DNA of 56,082 bases, the filler included, from Stramenopiles sp. TOSAG23-6 (Eukaryota), in NCBI GenBank assembly GCA_900128565.1. It is 3 parts of 3 records of this genome, joined end to end, with 100 filler letters (N's around TTAATTAATTAA, not from the genome) between each part and the next. Parts side by side here need not be neighbours in the genome. Positions count along the whole stretch, not along the records: positions 18,905 to 37,552 come from LT636060.1; 2 more parts are not named here. One strand, written 5' to 3'. The notes under the pieces are model-generated. The model made no database searches, had not been told where the DNA came from, and was given only the letters and a program-made list of their open reading frames with translations. Below are positions 23,587 through 35,800 of this stretch, piece by piece (the stretch's first letter is position 1; each line of letters starts with the position of its first letter). A program made the position numbers and the translations under genes.

Positions 23587-24001
23587 TTCTGTCTTGAGAG
23601 AATCAGCAGTTCTATCTAGTGAAAGTAAAACATGACAACCATACCACAAATGAGTTTTAGAAAACTGCTATCCCAAATTAGTTTTAGAAAACTGCTATCA
23701 CTGTGAAGGGGTATACAATACGACTGTGAAGGGGTATACAATAAAGTACACTTGACAGTGTACTAGTAGATGGTGTCGGCGATATATATATGTTTTCTTC
23801 TAGTGTACTAGGAATGTATAAAGTGTAACTGTAACGTTTCAGTTAAATTAACGTTTTGTTTTTCCTCTTCTTTATGATTCCTTAGAAAATTAACGTTTTG
23901 TTTTTCCTCTTCTTTAAGATGATTTGCGAATGGAATTAAACTAAAGGTTTATCAAGTACAACCACAGCAAACGCAATTACTTTTACGTTTATCAATATTG
24001 T

Positions 24002-25609
24002 ATGACGATGAATTCTAAAGAGAATATTTTCGAATTAGTGGAGAATATTCTAAAGGAAGAAAATATATTGAATCTACAAGTAAACAACGAATCTCTAGAA
24101 GAAGAGGCAAAAGAGGCTATAGACTCGAACTTTTCAAGACAAAAGAAATATTTCAACTTACAAGTTGGAGTATTCTTTGCACAAATAAATAAGCACTTTT
24201 CTCTGTGCGATTGGAATGAAGCAATGGCGCTGGTAGCAAAGTTATCTATCAAGACTACTAGTACTACAAAATCAGTGAAAAATTTGACCCCAGAGAGTTG
24301 TAATCTCCTTCGAACAGACTATCGCTTAATAATGCTTGCAATCAATCTACTTCTAAACGCAGAAGAGAATCGATGGTCTTTTATTTTACCCCCACTTCAA
24401 TTCATCAGTAATATTTCAATACATGTTGAGAGTAAAATTTTACTCTGCAAATCAATTCCAATTTTTTCTACTCTTTTCGGTTTACTACGAAATAAAAGAC
24501 CCGATACGTTTTTTGATATCAGTGACTATTCCGATGCAAATACTAAAATTATGCAAGATTTGTCAAATATAAAAGAAATGTCTACAATTATGCAAGATTT
24601 GCATGCAAATTTAGCATTTTCTACGGTTAGATTAGAATCGCTCTTAGTACTTTGCGTATTTGCAACTTCTGGTGGGAATTTGATATCATGTAGGTTTTGT
24701 TTTATTTTTTTTTAATTACTATTTTGCTAGCAAAATTTTGTACCTAAACAAAAAATATTTATTTTTTTATTTTTTCACAATACATCATACGATGAAAAAT
24801 ATATTACTGGCATGTATAGCTATGATTCAAATAAAACTAGACCTATACTAGATAGTGAAGAAAACAATCGGAAAGAAACCGCAAAAACAAATAGGAATAA
24901 TAGCCAAGAAGATGTAAACGATAATATTGATGAAAAAAATAACTTTTCTTTGCATTTTACAGCTGAAAGCTTTCAAATTGTGCGTCTTATGCAGGAATGC
25001 GATGCAATATTTGTTTTAGTACAAAGTTTATCTAGAGAAATGCAATTTTTTGATAGTATGTCTAAATATATTGATAATTATAGACATCTGAAACCTGAGT
25101 ATTCTCAGTCTTTAACTACTAATAAGAATGATACCAATATACATGATCTATGTTGTAATTTAGATGACATTCATTGTGCAATTATTTCAGCTAGTAGAGA
25201 AATACTTTTAAGAACAATAAATCTTATTGTTCGTATTGCCCCTATCACCAACAACTACTTACAAAAATCAAATACGACTTTATCTGAAAAAGTATTATCA
25301 GATGTACCAGATGTATCAGAAATAGTACCATTAGATGTATCTGAAAAAGTACCATCAGATGTATCTGAAAAAGTACCATTAAATGTATCTGAAAAAGTAT
25401 CATCAGATGCACGAAAAATACGACTCCAGAGGAGAGCTAACTTACGTCAATGTAAATCATTGAAGATCTTATTTGAACTTTCCAAAGTTTCTGTTGAATT
25501 CACTGGAAAATCAACTTGTGTAAAGAAAAAGCAATTTATTTCATATATTCGAGACAAAATTAGAATGGCTGCTTTAGAATTACAAAAACATATTACTATA
25601 AAGAAATAA
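24002..25609 (+). CDS. Hypothetical helical protein, 2 exons (copy 1)
   Basis: Two ORFs joined in frame by removing 24690-24785. Confidence 0.7.
24690..24785 (+). mobile_element. Introner-like intron, GT-AT, 96 nt
   Basis: AT|GTAGGT...GTACCTAAAC...CACAATACAT|CA is in frame with the ATG at 24812. Confidence 0.8.
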
Positions 25610-25646
25610 ATCAATATACATTCATTAATATTATAAAGAAAATAAA

Positions 25647-26402
25647 TCACCATGCGTCTCTTCCAGATGGACCACGTCGTCCCGATTTTATATTCTTGCG
25701 ATGCTCCTTTTGACGTCTTCGTTTTGCCTTTGTTTTTTCACCAATTCCTTCCCAAATTTTTCGTTCCTTTGGCTCTACAATGGCCTTGTCAACTATCGAC
25801 TGCAACTTTTTCAAACAGTCACGTAAATTGCGACCCTGTGTACGTTCAGCGTCAGAATACAATACAATCTCGCCTGCTTTGTTTATACGAGTTGCTTGTT
25901 GAACTGCTAAACGTGAACGCACCTCCGCCGGTAACCACGGAACAGTATACACGTTAAACCGAACTTCTGCTTTTGTTGACAGTTTGTTCACATTTTGACC
26001 ACCAGGACCAGAACTACGAACATATTTTACATCTACCATGTCTTTTTCAACTATAATTCTATCGTAACTCTTCATTGTCATGCTTTCTTTTGTTGAAGGA
26101 TTTGTAAATGGCAAACTCAGAGATACAGTATTTATGAGAAGCTCGCGAACTTTACTCATATCTGCATGATCAATGTTCTCCCACAAATTCTTCCACACAT
26201 ATTTTAACATTTTGTTTGGAATAATGTGATGGTGGCAGCAATCGACTTTCCACGGAAAGAAGGATTTCTCCATCCTTTTTTTACACAAGACATTTCTTCC
26301 TGATTTGGGCCAATGGATCCAATTATCATCTTCTGGGCTATGTGATGATACAGAAAGAATACAACAAAGTGCAAATACTATAGATTGAATGTACATGTTC
26401 AT
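25647..26402 (-). CDS. Chimeric ORF: unrelated signal-peptide-bearing N-terminus fused to the ICT1 GGQ domain at the inversion breakpoint
   Basis: Identity with 30381-30810 starts exactly at the repeat boundary 26076. Confidence 0.5.
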   Translation of the reverse strand: MNMYIQSIVFALCCILSVSSHSPEDDNWIHWPKSGRNVLCKKRMEKSFFPWKVDCCHHHIIPNKMLKYVWKNLWENIDHADMSKVRELLINTVSLSLPFTNPSTKESMTMKSYDRIIVEKDMVDVKYVRSSGPGGQNVNKLSTKAEVRFNVYTVPWLPAEVRSRLAVQQATRINKAGEIVLYSDAERTQGRNLRDCLKKLQSIVDKAIVEPKERKIWEGIGEKTKAKRRRQKEHRKNIKSGRRGPSGRDAW

Positions 26403-27299
26403 ATCAATTGGCTACGTGATTATTGTAAAAAAATGTCAAACGATTCAGTAGATTATGGAGGTTTCACTAATGTTAATGATCCTCCAGAAGAAAAGCTTAC
26501 TTGGCACTTGTATGAAGCTGATTGCTTTTCAGACTGGACAATTGTAGTTGAGATTGAAGGATTCTTTTTCCTCGAAGGTATCGTATACGTAGTAGTTTAT
26601 AAAGGAAGAAATCAATTAAAATATGGCCACGACGTGACAATAATAAAATAAATCGACGCAAACGCAAACCTGCTTGTTTTTTTTTTGGGTCAAAAAATTT
26701 GCTACTATTTTTTTTCGACCAGCACCACACAGTGGCACACAGAACACTCAGAAAACTTTCTCTCTCTCTCTCTGCAGATAGATAATCCTAAAGTACACAA
26801 GACAACCACTACATTACAGACTTTACTGCTGCCACTATGGCAGCAGTATACCACAACATTTGGTAAGGAGTATAACCACTAAGGATATACTCCTAGTATG
26901 TTTGTAGTTGTGAAACATACTAATTGAATTGGTGCAGGGATTAGTGGAAAACATAGCCAACAAAAACTACGATTACATTTAACCTGGGAACCACAATGGT
27001 GTAACAGGAGTAACCACTATGGATACTTTATGGTCTAGTAAAGTGATAGATTGTGCATAACCCATATGGTTTTTGCATTGAACAATGTTTATTCCAGTAA
27101 AAACAAGTTGTGAAACTTATTTTCTGGAATTTTATTTTACTCAAATATGTACTGTAGGGTTAGGGTTATATACCTGTAAAAAAATCCACACAAAATCTGA
27201 AACCAGTTTCAAAAAAAAAATTGACGAAAACAGAAAACAAAAAAATTTGACAAAAAAAAAATTTCAAAAAATTTGACAAAAAAAAAATTTCAAAAAGTT

Positions 27300-29057
27300 T
27301 GATGTCAAAGCGGGTTTTGCAAATGAAAATGGAATGTACAATTTGATTGCGGTGCAGCTTCAAAGAAAAAAGGTGGTACAAGAAAAAAAGAACCACCAAC
27401 AAATGCAAATGGAAGATCACAGGGAAGAGGATTTGGCATAAACCCCACTGGGAAGGGGAATAATGGTATACTTTTTCATGTTTGCGTTGGATCATGTACA
27501 TCTGAAGATTTCAAAGCTCGCAAAATCGAAATCCAATACCTCAATGGCTCTGGGCTCGCGGATGTTAGAAACGCAGCAACTACAAACTATGGGGCGCGAA
27601 TGCCGCAACTACAAACTACAAAATCAGATAGGCAAACTGCAACATATGCTTATTTGACTTGGCAAAGTTTTGAAAATTTGAAACCTCCGATTTAAATTAA
27701 ATCTGAATCAGAGGTGCAGCAAATTATTTTAAATGAGTACAACAAGATTACACAAAATTGGGGATAAATGGAGGAGAACCCCCCTCCAAAACTCTGACAT
27801 TTTGTACAATCATTTGGACAATATGTCAGAGTTGAAGATGCTTATTTGACTTGGTCCCATTCTTCACCATGAAAACTTTCATTGGTAAAATGGATGCATC
27901 AGGTTTTCTGCCATCAGTGCATCAGGCATTGGCAAACCTTTGTGCCAAGATGAAACTACCTTACATCTTTGATGATAAGAAGGAGGTGGTTGTCCTCCAT
28001 TCATCGATGAATTCTTGGGCAGTGAAGGATGCCCTTCGAAAAAAAAGTGATGTCTATGAGATGTTTCCAGCCCCTGGTAGTTTTTATCTTAATGCTAATC
28101 CGGGAAGTCCACAGGAGGACAACTTTGGTTATTCGAAACAAACATATGAAACAATTGCTGTTTTCAACAAGGAAACTAAAAAATGTCATATAGTTTTGTG
28201 TGCAGTTCAGATGGGAGTCCAACTCCAGCCATTTGTTCCTTCTGATAAGGTCAAACTGATCAAATTGCTGTACTGTGTCATCAATCAATGTCTGATGATC
28301 AAATCATTGATCTGGCATCAACAAAACCAACAGGATATTTTCATGTCCGAAATAAATTTTGTAGTGATGAAAAATATGAAGAATGGCACTGCTCAAAGAA
28401 ATTTCAGATGATAAACTTTTTGATCTATTGTATACACAGCCAAATAGCTACTTTTCTGAGATGAACAGACTTGGTAGCGAAGCTGCATACATCAAATCCA
28501 AGACATAATATAATATTGCTTTAAATCCTTTGAAAATGCCAACTGTGTTCAGCAAAAATGTACCACCTAAGAAGTGGACCTTCTGGTTCATGGTTCAATT
28601 TGTTCAAGAAGACCATGTCTTGAGACAGAAAGGCATTCTTCAAAGCTCTCTCTCATACAAAAAGCTCAAAGAGAGGCACAATCGAACTGTTTCCATTCTC
28701 AAGGAATGGAATTTGAATCCACTCAATAAGCCTATCATTGGATTTTCTTGGACACCTGAGTCAACACTTCTTGGCAAAGGAACAGGAGTTGTATCTTACA
28801 ATACTCATCCTCAGCCTGATGTCAACAAGAACATTGTCTTTGGGTTACCTACATTGCCAGAGCAACAGCCAGATATTGAAGACAAAATTTTGCACAACAC
28901 GCAATGCAATTATTATTCTCCATTTGTCATTCAATTCGAACATGAAAAATTTAAACATGACAACCATTTGTGTGCTTCAGCAGCATTTAACTCTTGCCTA
29001 ATGAATACAAGGAACATGTGTGAAGGAAGTAAAAAAAAAAAAAAAAAAAATAGATAA
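27300..29057 (+). pseudogene. Fragmented coding-like region of unknown (possibly mobile-element or viral) origin
   Basis: Successive co-oriented open stretches broken by stops and frameshifts; no motif recognised; no introns. Confidence 0.3.
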
Positions 29058-29645
29058 AGAATGAAAAATAGATAAAAATGCATTGATGTACAACCATGTG
29101 TTGATCTTCAAGAAGAACAATTGTGTGTTGTGTCAAGCATTGAAGTTTTACATTGATGAAGAGCAATCACAAGAGCCACTGAAGAAAAAGGCAAAAAAAA
29201 CTATGTTTGATTTTTATGGTTAAAAAGTGCATATTTTCAAATAGAATAGTCTAGTATATCATAGAATAGTCTAGTGCATCATAGAATTAATTTTTGTATA
29301 TAATTTTATTTCAATTCAATAAAATTTTGAGATTTTACATTATACATTTTATTTATTTCAATGATTTTGAGTTTGAGATATTTTCAAAATTTTGTTAAAA
29401 AAAAATGATTTTTTGAATTTTTTTTTTCATATTCTTTTTTTTTTCATATTCTATTTTTTTTAGAATATTATAGTGGAGTATAGTACAGGAGTACATATTG
29501 TGTAGTTGGTATTTTGGTTTCCCTTACAAAATTTTGTATCAAATTAAAACTTTCAAAAAAGTATTGTATTTTTGACTTAAATTGAAAATAAACACCATAA
29601 ATGGATATATATACCTTTCGTTTGATTTAAGAGTACACCAAAAAA

Positions 29646-29718
29646 AACTCCGTAGCTCAGTGGTAGTAGCGACTGCTTAGTAAGCAGTAGGCCGTGGGTT
29701 CAATTCCCACCGGAGGCT
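29646..29718 (+). tRNA. tRNA-Thr(AGT)-like gene with acceptor pairs 1-2 mismatched
   Basis: A box TAGCTCAGTGG, anticodon arm ACTGC-TTAGTAA-GCAGT, T arm GTGGG-TTCAATT-CCCAC, downstream T-run. Confidence 0.8.
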
Positions 29719-30032
29719 TATGATTTTTTTTTCCTTTGACAAGGCCTTTTTACGCCAATGCACCACTACCGGGTAATCATTTGTGAGTGATATGTAGCTA
29801 CTAGCTATAGCTTCTCCAGAAAACAAAATACATTCATGAAGCTTCTTATGATATACTCTTTCCATTCCCCCCTTTAAATAAGTGATGATACATAATAATC
29901 AAAAATAATATAAGTACAAAATTTTGTATCAAAATTAAAACTTTCCAAAAAGTATTTTATTTTTGACTTAAATTGAAAATAAACACCATAAATGGATATA
30001 TATACCTTTTGTTGGATAGTACACCAAAAAAA

Positions 30033-30105
30033 AACTCCGTAGCTCAGTGGTAGTAGCGACTGCTTAGTAAGCAGTAGGCCGTGGGTTCAATTCCCACCGG
30101 AGGCT
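30033..30105 (+). tRNA. tRNA-Thr(AGT)-like gene, identical second copy
   Basis: Same 73-nt sequence as 29646-29718. Confidence 0.8.
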
Positions 30106-30288
30106 TATGATTGTTTCATTTTTATTTCATCACAAAGTTTCTTATTGACAAAATTTTTCTGCGGGTACCGGGTAACCACTTTGACCGCGATCAAAATTCA
30201 TGATTTTTTTTGTAACCTTCTACAAAATAGTTCTAATATATTAGCAAGTAGTACAAAGAATTACTATTTTAGTAATTTTACAGTTCAT

Positions 30289-30810
30289 ATGTTGTCCTTA
30301 CGGTATACATTTTCTTATGTCCGTCGCTCGCTCAATTCAAGTAATATTTTGAGTCGTCCTTTCCACGTTTCATCTTTATTAATGAAGAGTTACGATAGAA
30401 TTATAGTTGAAAAAGACATGGTAGATGTAAAATATGTTCGTAGTTCTGGTCCTGGTGGTCAAAATGTGAACAAACTGTCAACAAAAGCAGAAGTTCGGTT
30501 TAACGTGTATACTGTTCCGTGGTTACCGGCGGAGGTGCGTTCACGTTTAGCAGTTCAACAAGCAACTCGTATAAACAAAGCAGGCGAGATTGTATTGTAT
30601 TCTGACGCTGAACGTACACAGGGTCGCAATTTACGTGACTGTTTGAAAAAGTTGCAGTCGATAGTTGACAAGGCCATTGTAGAGCCAAAGGAACGAAAAA
30701 TTTGGGAAGGAATTGGTGAAAAAACAAAGGCAAAACGAAGACGTCAAAAGGAGCATCGCAAGAATATAAAATCGGGACGACGTGGTCCATCTGGAAGAGA
30801 CGCATGGTGA
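30289..30810 (+). CDS. ICT1: Mitochondrial peptidyl-tRNA hydrolase ICT1/mL62 (ArfB family)
   Basis: RSSGPGGQNVNK motif, RTQ.RN, basic C-terminal tail, and a targeting-peptide-like N-terminus (MLSLRYTFSYVRR). Confidence 0.9.
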   Translation: MLSLRYTFSYVRRSLNSSNILSRPFHVSSLLMKSYDRIIVEKDMVDVKYVRSSGPGGQNVNKLSTKAEVRFNVYTVPWLPAEVRSRLAVQQATRINKAGEIVLYSDAERTQGRNLRDCLKKLQSIVDKAIVEPKERKIWEGIGEKTKAKRRRQKEHRKNIKSGRRGPSGRDAW

Positions 30811-30847
30811 TTTATTTTCTTTATAATATTAATGAATGTATATTGAT

Positions 30848-32455
30848 TTATTTCTTTATAGTAATATGTTTTTGTAATTCTAAAGCAGCCATTCTAATTT
30901 TGTCTCGAATATATGAAATAAATTGCTTTTTCTTTACACAAGTTGATTTTCCAGTGAATTCAACAGAAACTTTGGAAAGTTCAAATAAGATCTTCAATGA
31001 TTTACATTGACGTAAGTTAGCTCTCCTCTGGAGTCGTATTTTTCGTGCATCTGATGATACTTTTTCAGATACATTTAATGGTACTTTTTCAGATACATCT
31101 GATGGTACTTTTTCAGATACATCTAATGGTACTATTTCTGATACATCTGGTACATCTGATAATACTTTTTCAGATAAAGTCGTATTTGATTTTTGTAAGT
31201 AGTTGTTGGTGATAGGGGCAATACGAACAATAAGATTTATTGTTCTTAAAAGTATTTCTCTACTAGCTGAAATAATTGCACAATGAATGTCATCTAAATT
31301 ACAACATAGATCATGTATATTGGTATCATTCTTATTAGTAGTTAAAGACTGAGAATACTCAGGTTTCAGATGTCTATAATTATCAATATATTTAGACATA
31401 CTATCAAAAAATTGCATTTCTCTAGATAAACTTTGTACTAAAACAAATATTGCATCGCATTCCTGCATAAGACGCACAATTTGAAAGCTTTCAGCTGTAA
31501 AATGCAAAGAAAAGTTATTTTTTTCATCAATATTATCGTTTACATCTTCTTGGCTATTATTCCTATTTGTTTTTGCGGTTTCTTTCCGATTGTTTTCTTC
31601 ACTATCTAGTATAGGTCTAGTTTTATTTGAATCATAGCTATACATGCCAGTAATATATTTTTCATCGTATGATGTATTGTGAAAAAATAAAAAAATAAAT
31701 ATTTTTTGTTTAGGTACAAAATTTTGCTAGCAAAATAGTAATTAAAAAAAAATAAAACAAAACCTACATGATATCAAATTCCCACCAGAAGTTGCAAATA
31801 CGCAAAGTACTAAGAGCGATTCTAATCTAACCGTAGAAAATGCTAAATTTGCATGCAAATCTTGCATAATTGTAGACATTTCTTTTATATTTGACAAATC
31901 TTGCATAATTTTAGTATTTGCATCGGAATAGTCACTGATATCAAAAAACGTATCGGGTCTTTTATTTCGTAGTAAACCGAAAAGAGTAGAAAAAATTGGA
32001 ATTGATTTGCAGAGTAAAATTTTACTCTCAACATGTATTGAAATATTACTGATGAATTGAAGTGGGGGTAAAATAAAAGACCATCGATTCTCTTCTGCGT
32101 TTAGAAGTAGATTGATTGCAAGCATTATTAAGCGATAGTCTGTTCGAAGGAGATTACAACTCTCTGGGGTCAAATTTTTCACTGATTTTGTAGTACTAGT
32201 AGTCTTGATAGATAACTTTGCTACCAGCGCCATTGCTTCATTCCAATCGCACAGAGAAAAGTGCTTATTTATTTGTGCAAAGAATACTCCAACTTGTAAG
32301 TTGAAATATTTCTTTTGTCTTGAAAAGTTCGAGTCTATAGCCTCTTTTGCCTCTTCTTCTAGAGATTCGTTGTTTACTTGTAGATTCAATATATTTTCTT
32401 CCTTTAGAATATTCTCCACTAATTCGAAAATATTCTCTTTAGAATTCATCGTCAT
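30848..32455 (-). CDS. Hypothetical helical protein (copy 2; GT-AT intron 31672-31767)
   Basis: Mirror of 24002-25609. Confidence 0.7.
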
Positions 32456-32870
32456 ACAATATTGATAAACGTAAAAGTAATTGCGTTTGCTGTGGTTGTA
32501 CTTGATAAACCTTTAGTTTAATTCCATTCGCAAATCATCTTAAAGAAGAGGAAAAACAAAACGTTAATTTTCTAAGGAATCATAAAGAAGAGGAAAAACA
32601 AAACGTTAATTTAACTGAAACGTTACAGTTACACTTTATACATTCCTAGTACACTAGAAGAAAACATATATATATCGCCGACACCATCTACTAGTACACT
32701 GTCAAGTGTACTTTATTGTATACCCCTTCACAGTCGTATTGTATACCCCTTCACAGTGATAGCAGTTTTCTAAAACTAATTTGGGATAGCAGTTTTCTAA
32801 AACTCATTTGTGGTATGGTTGTCATGTTTTACTTTCACTAGATAGAACTGCTGATTCTCTCAAGACAGAA

Positions 32871-35800
32871 ATGGCAGCGGCAGAGTCAAAACTTGTCGAC
32901 GTTGATAAACAACTGAATACTTCCAACTCTACAGAAATTAAAATAAAAAATGGTATAGTTACAGAGCCTTTTCATATGCCTCCGCCAAACCTGCAGCTTT
33001 CAAGTTTACGGACATTATCGACCGTAGCACTCGCTGCCGTTCGTTTGAAGTGTAGAGTAGGTGTAAGAGTGAGTGTTCCAGATGAGTTCGATGCAAGTGC
33101 CCCAAGAATAGAAGGAACTATCGTTGAACTGTGTAAAGATGGAGATGTTGCTGTACGATATGCTAATGGTGATGAAGATGAAGTAAATATAAATGATTTG
33201 ATTATCCTTCCGTCAAATAGTAAAAAGAAAAAGAAGAAGCCTCTTCAACGTCTTCGAACGATAGCAAAAGTAGCTCTTGCTACAGTACGATTAAAGTTTG
33301 GAGCTAGAGCAGATAATGATGTAGCCATTTCAAGTAATGACAGTGTAAAAGCTTCTGTATTTGAAGAGACCAATGAAATTGAAACAAAATATAGTAAAGA
33401 TAAACCAAAAGGCATTAAGAGTAGCACAAGTAATTATGCAATTGGTGTATTAACATCAAGTCCTTCAAATAATTCCAATGGCGAATCTAGCGGTTTTTTT
33501 GCCACTGTTGATTCTTTACAAGCAGAAAAGGACATGAAAACGGAGAAGACAGTTCCACAAAATGAAATAAAAGAGTCGAAAAGTTCAGCAGTAGCTAATC
33601 CAAATAATACTGTGAATGGTGTATCAGTTGCAAAAGAGGGTGAAAAAGAGTCGAAACATTCGGCATTGGCTAACACAAATAGCACTGTAATTGATGTATC
33701 AATTGCAAAGGAGGAGAATTCTGGTGGGAAAAAGTCAAACGATTCAATAGTAAGAGATATAGACAACAAAAGAGTAGAAAAAATAAAAGTAGGAACAAAA
33801 GTCAGTGTTTATAATGAATATGATCTAAACGCCGAACGAATCATTGGAACTGTAGTTCAAATATGTGACGATGGAGATGTTGCTGTGCGATATAGTAATG
33901 GCGATGAAGATGAAGTTAGTATTGGTGATTTAATCATTCTTGATGAGCAAGTGGATTTTAAAGTTTCAAATACATCAACAGAATCTTTAATGAGACATGA
34001 TGCAACAGAAAACATCAAGCTTGATCATGATATTTCAACTAGGGGTAGATCAACAGAAAACAACAAGCTTGATCATGATATTTCAACTAGGGGTAGATCA
34101 ACAGAAAACATCGAGCTTGATCATGATATTTCAACTAGGGACGGATCCCTGTCTGCCCTCAACATAATCGATAATGACAATCAAAGGAACGAAAACTCAC
34201 AAAACAAAATTCAAAATAGTACAAATTTGAAAACAGAAAGAGATGACACTCTTTTTTCTGAAAATAACATGGATACTAATGCATTAAATATAAAAAGGAT
34301 AAAATTTTCACAAAAGACAAAACGGGAATCTCTAACGTTTCAACTACGACGTATTCAAAAGGAATTATGGCTTGTTGAAAATCGATTAAAATTACTAGTA
34401 GATCAAAATATGAATCATACACATGAAGAACTTTATGCACTATCATTGTCAAAAGCTGCCAAGGAAACCGAAGAACAGTTAAATGCCTTGCTTGCAACGG
34501 ATATTGAATTTGAAAGACAAGAAAAAGTAAAGGAGGATTATTGTTATGAAATAGGTGATAGTGCTAGTGTTTTAGTTGGCTCGCCAAAACAACCAAAACA
34601 AACCAACAAAATATGTGGTGATGAAAGTTTAAATAGTATTCCTGAAGCACCTTTGATGCCATCACATATACTAGAGACAATAGCGAGTGGTTGGTCGACA
34701 ATCGTATCTGAAGATGGTACGCATGGAGCTTCTCTCGATAAAGCTTTTGATGAAATAGATGATTATTTTTCTAAAGAAAATAATCTTTCGACCGTACCTA
34801 CGAAACATAAGTATAACCAACCACATTCAAGATCTTCGAGATCTGGAGGAATGTCACAGTTAGACAAGCTTCGCGTCCGTTTGTACAATAAAGGACGAAC
34901 AACACAACAGATATGGTTGAGTATGAATCCTGACGAAGATGATCATGTATCATACCCGGGATTTGTCCATGGACTACGTATGAATGGTATTCGAATGGAT
35001 GAACTGGAAATGAAGAATATTTGGTCCTACTTTCATACTTGTAATCTTGGCAGTGAGTTGGGTGCTTCTGGTGGAATCGATAAAGTAACGTGGCCTCATT
35101 TTCAGTCCTTAGTGAGTCTTGATGCACTACATACGGCAAGTAAACAAGCCGTTGCTATGGGTAAAACAACACAAAAAAATTATGTTCCATCGTCTGAAGA
35201 AATGAGACCTTGTACAGCTGAATCTTTTGTTCTCAGTGCGGAAAGTTTTCATAAATCAAAAAGTACAAACAGTAGGAGTGTAAGTAGACGAAGTCGAAGT
35301 GTAAGCAGACAAAGTCGAAGTGTAAGCAGACGAAGTCAAAGTCCAAGTAGAAAAAGTCAAAGTCCAAGTAGAAAAAGTCAAAGTCCAAGTAGAAAAAGTC
35401 CAAGTAGTAAAAGTCCACTTAGAAAAAGTCGAAGTCCACATAAAGGTAAAAAAAAAGGAGGAATTTTGAATGTCAAATGGAAAAGAGAATTATATAGTGC
35501 GGTTTCTGCTGGGCAAGCAGGGCATGTGCATGAAATACTAACACGAGATAAAAGTAGAAATTTGAAAAGTGATTTGAGATCTCCATTAGATGAACAAGGA
35601 CGATCTGCATTACACATTGCGGCTCTATGTGGTAGTGTCTCTGTCGCTAAAGTTTTATTTGGCATTGGTGTAAGTTCAATTTCTATCGATAAAAATGGTT
35701 CTCAACCTTTGCATTGTGCTGCAAAACGAGGTCAACTTGAAATATGCAAGATTTTAGTAAAACATGGTGCAAGAATTGAGTCGCGAGATAATTATGGTAA

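Larger units (their letters stand above)
18905..26076. repeat. Left arm of a 7,172-bp inverted duplication (mirror 30381-37552)
   Basis: Mirror coordinates sum to 56457 and the ORF translations are identical on opposite strands. Confidence 0.97.
29525..30112 (+). repeat. Direct duplication of a ~200-bp block (upstream region plus tRNA), period ~390 bp
   Basis: 29525-29724 and 29915-30112 are near-identical. Confidence 0.9.
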
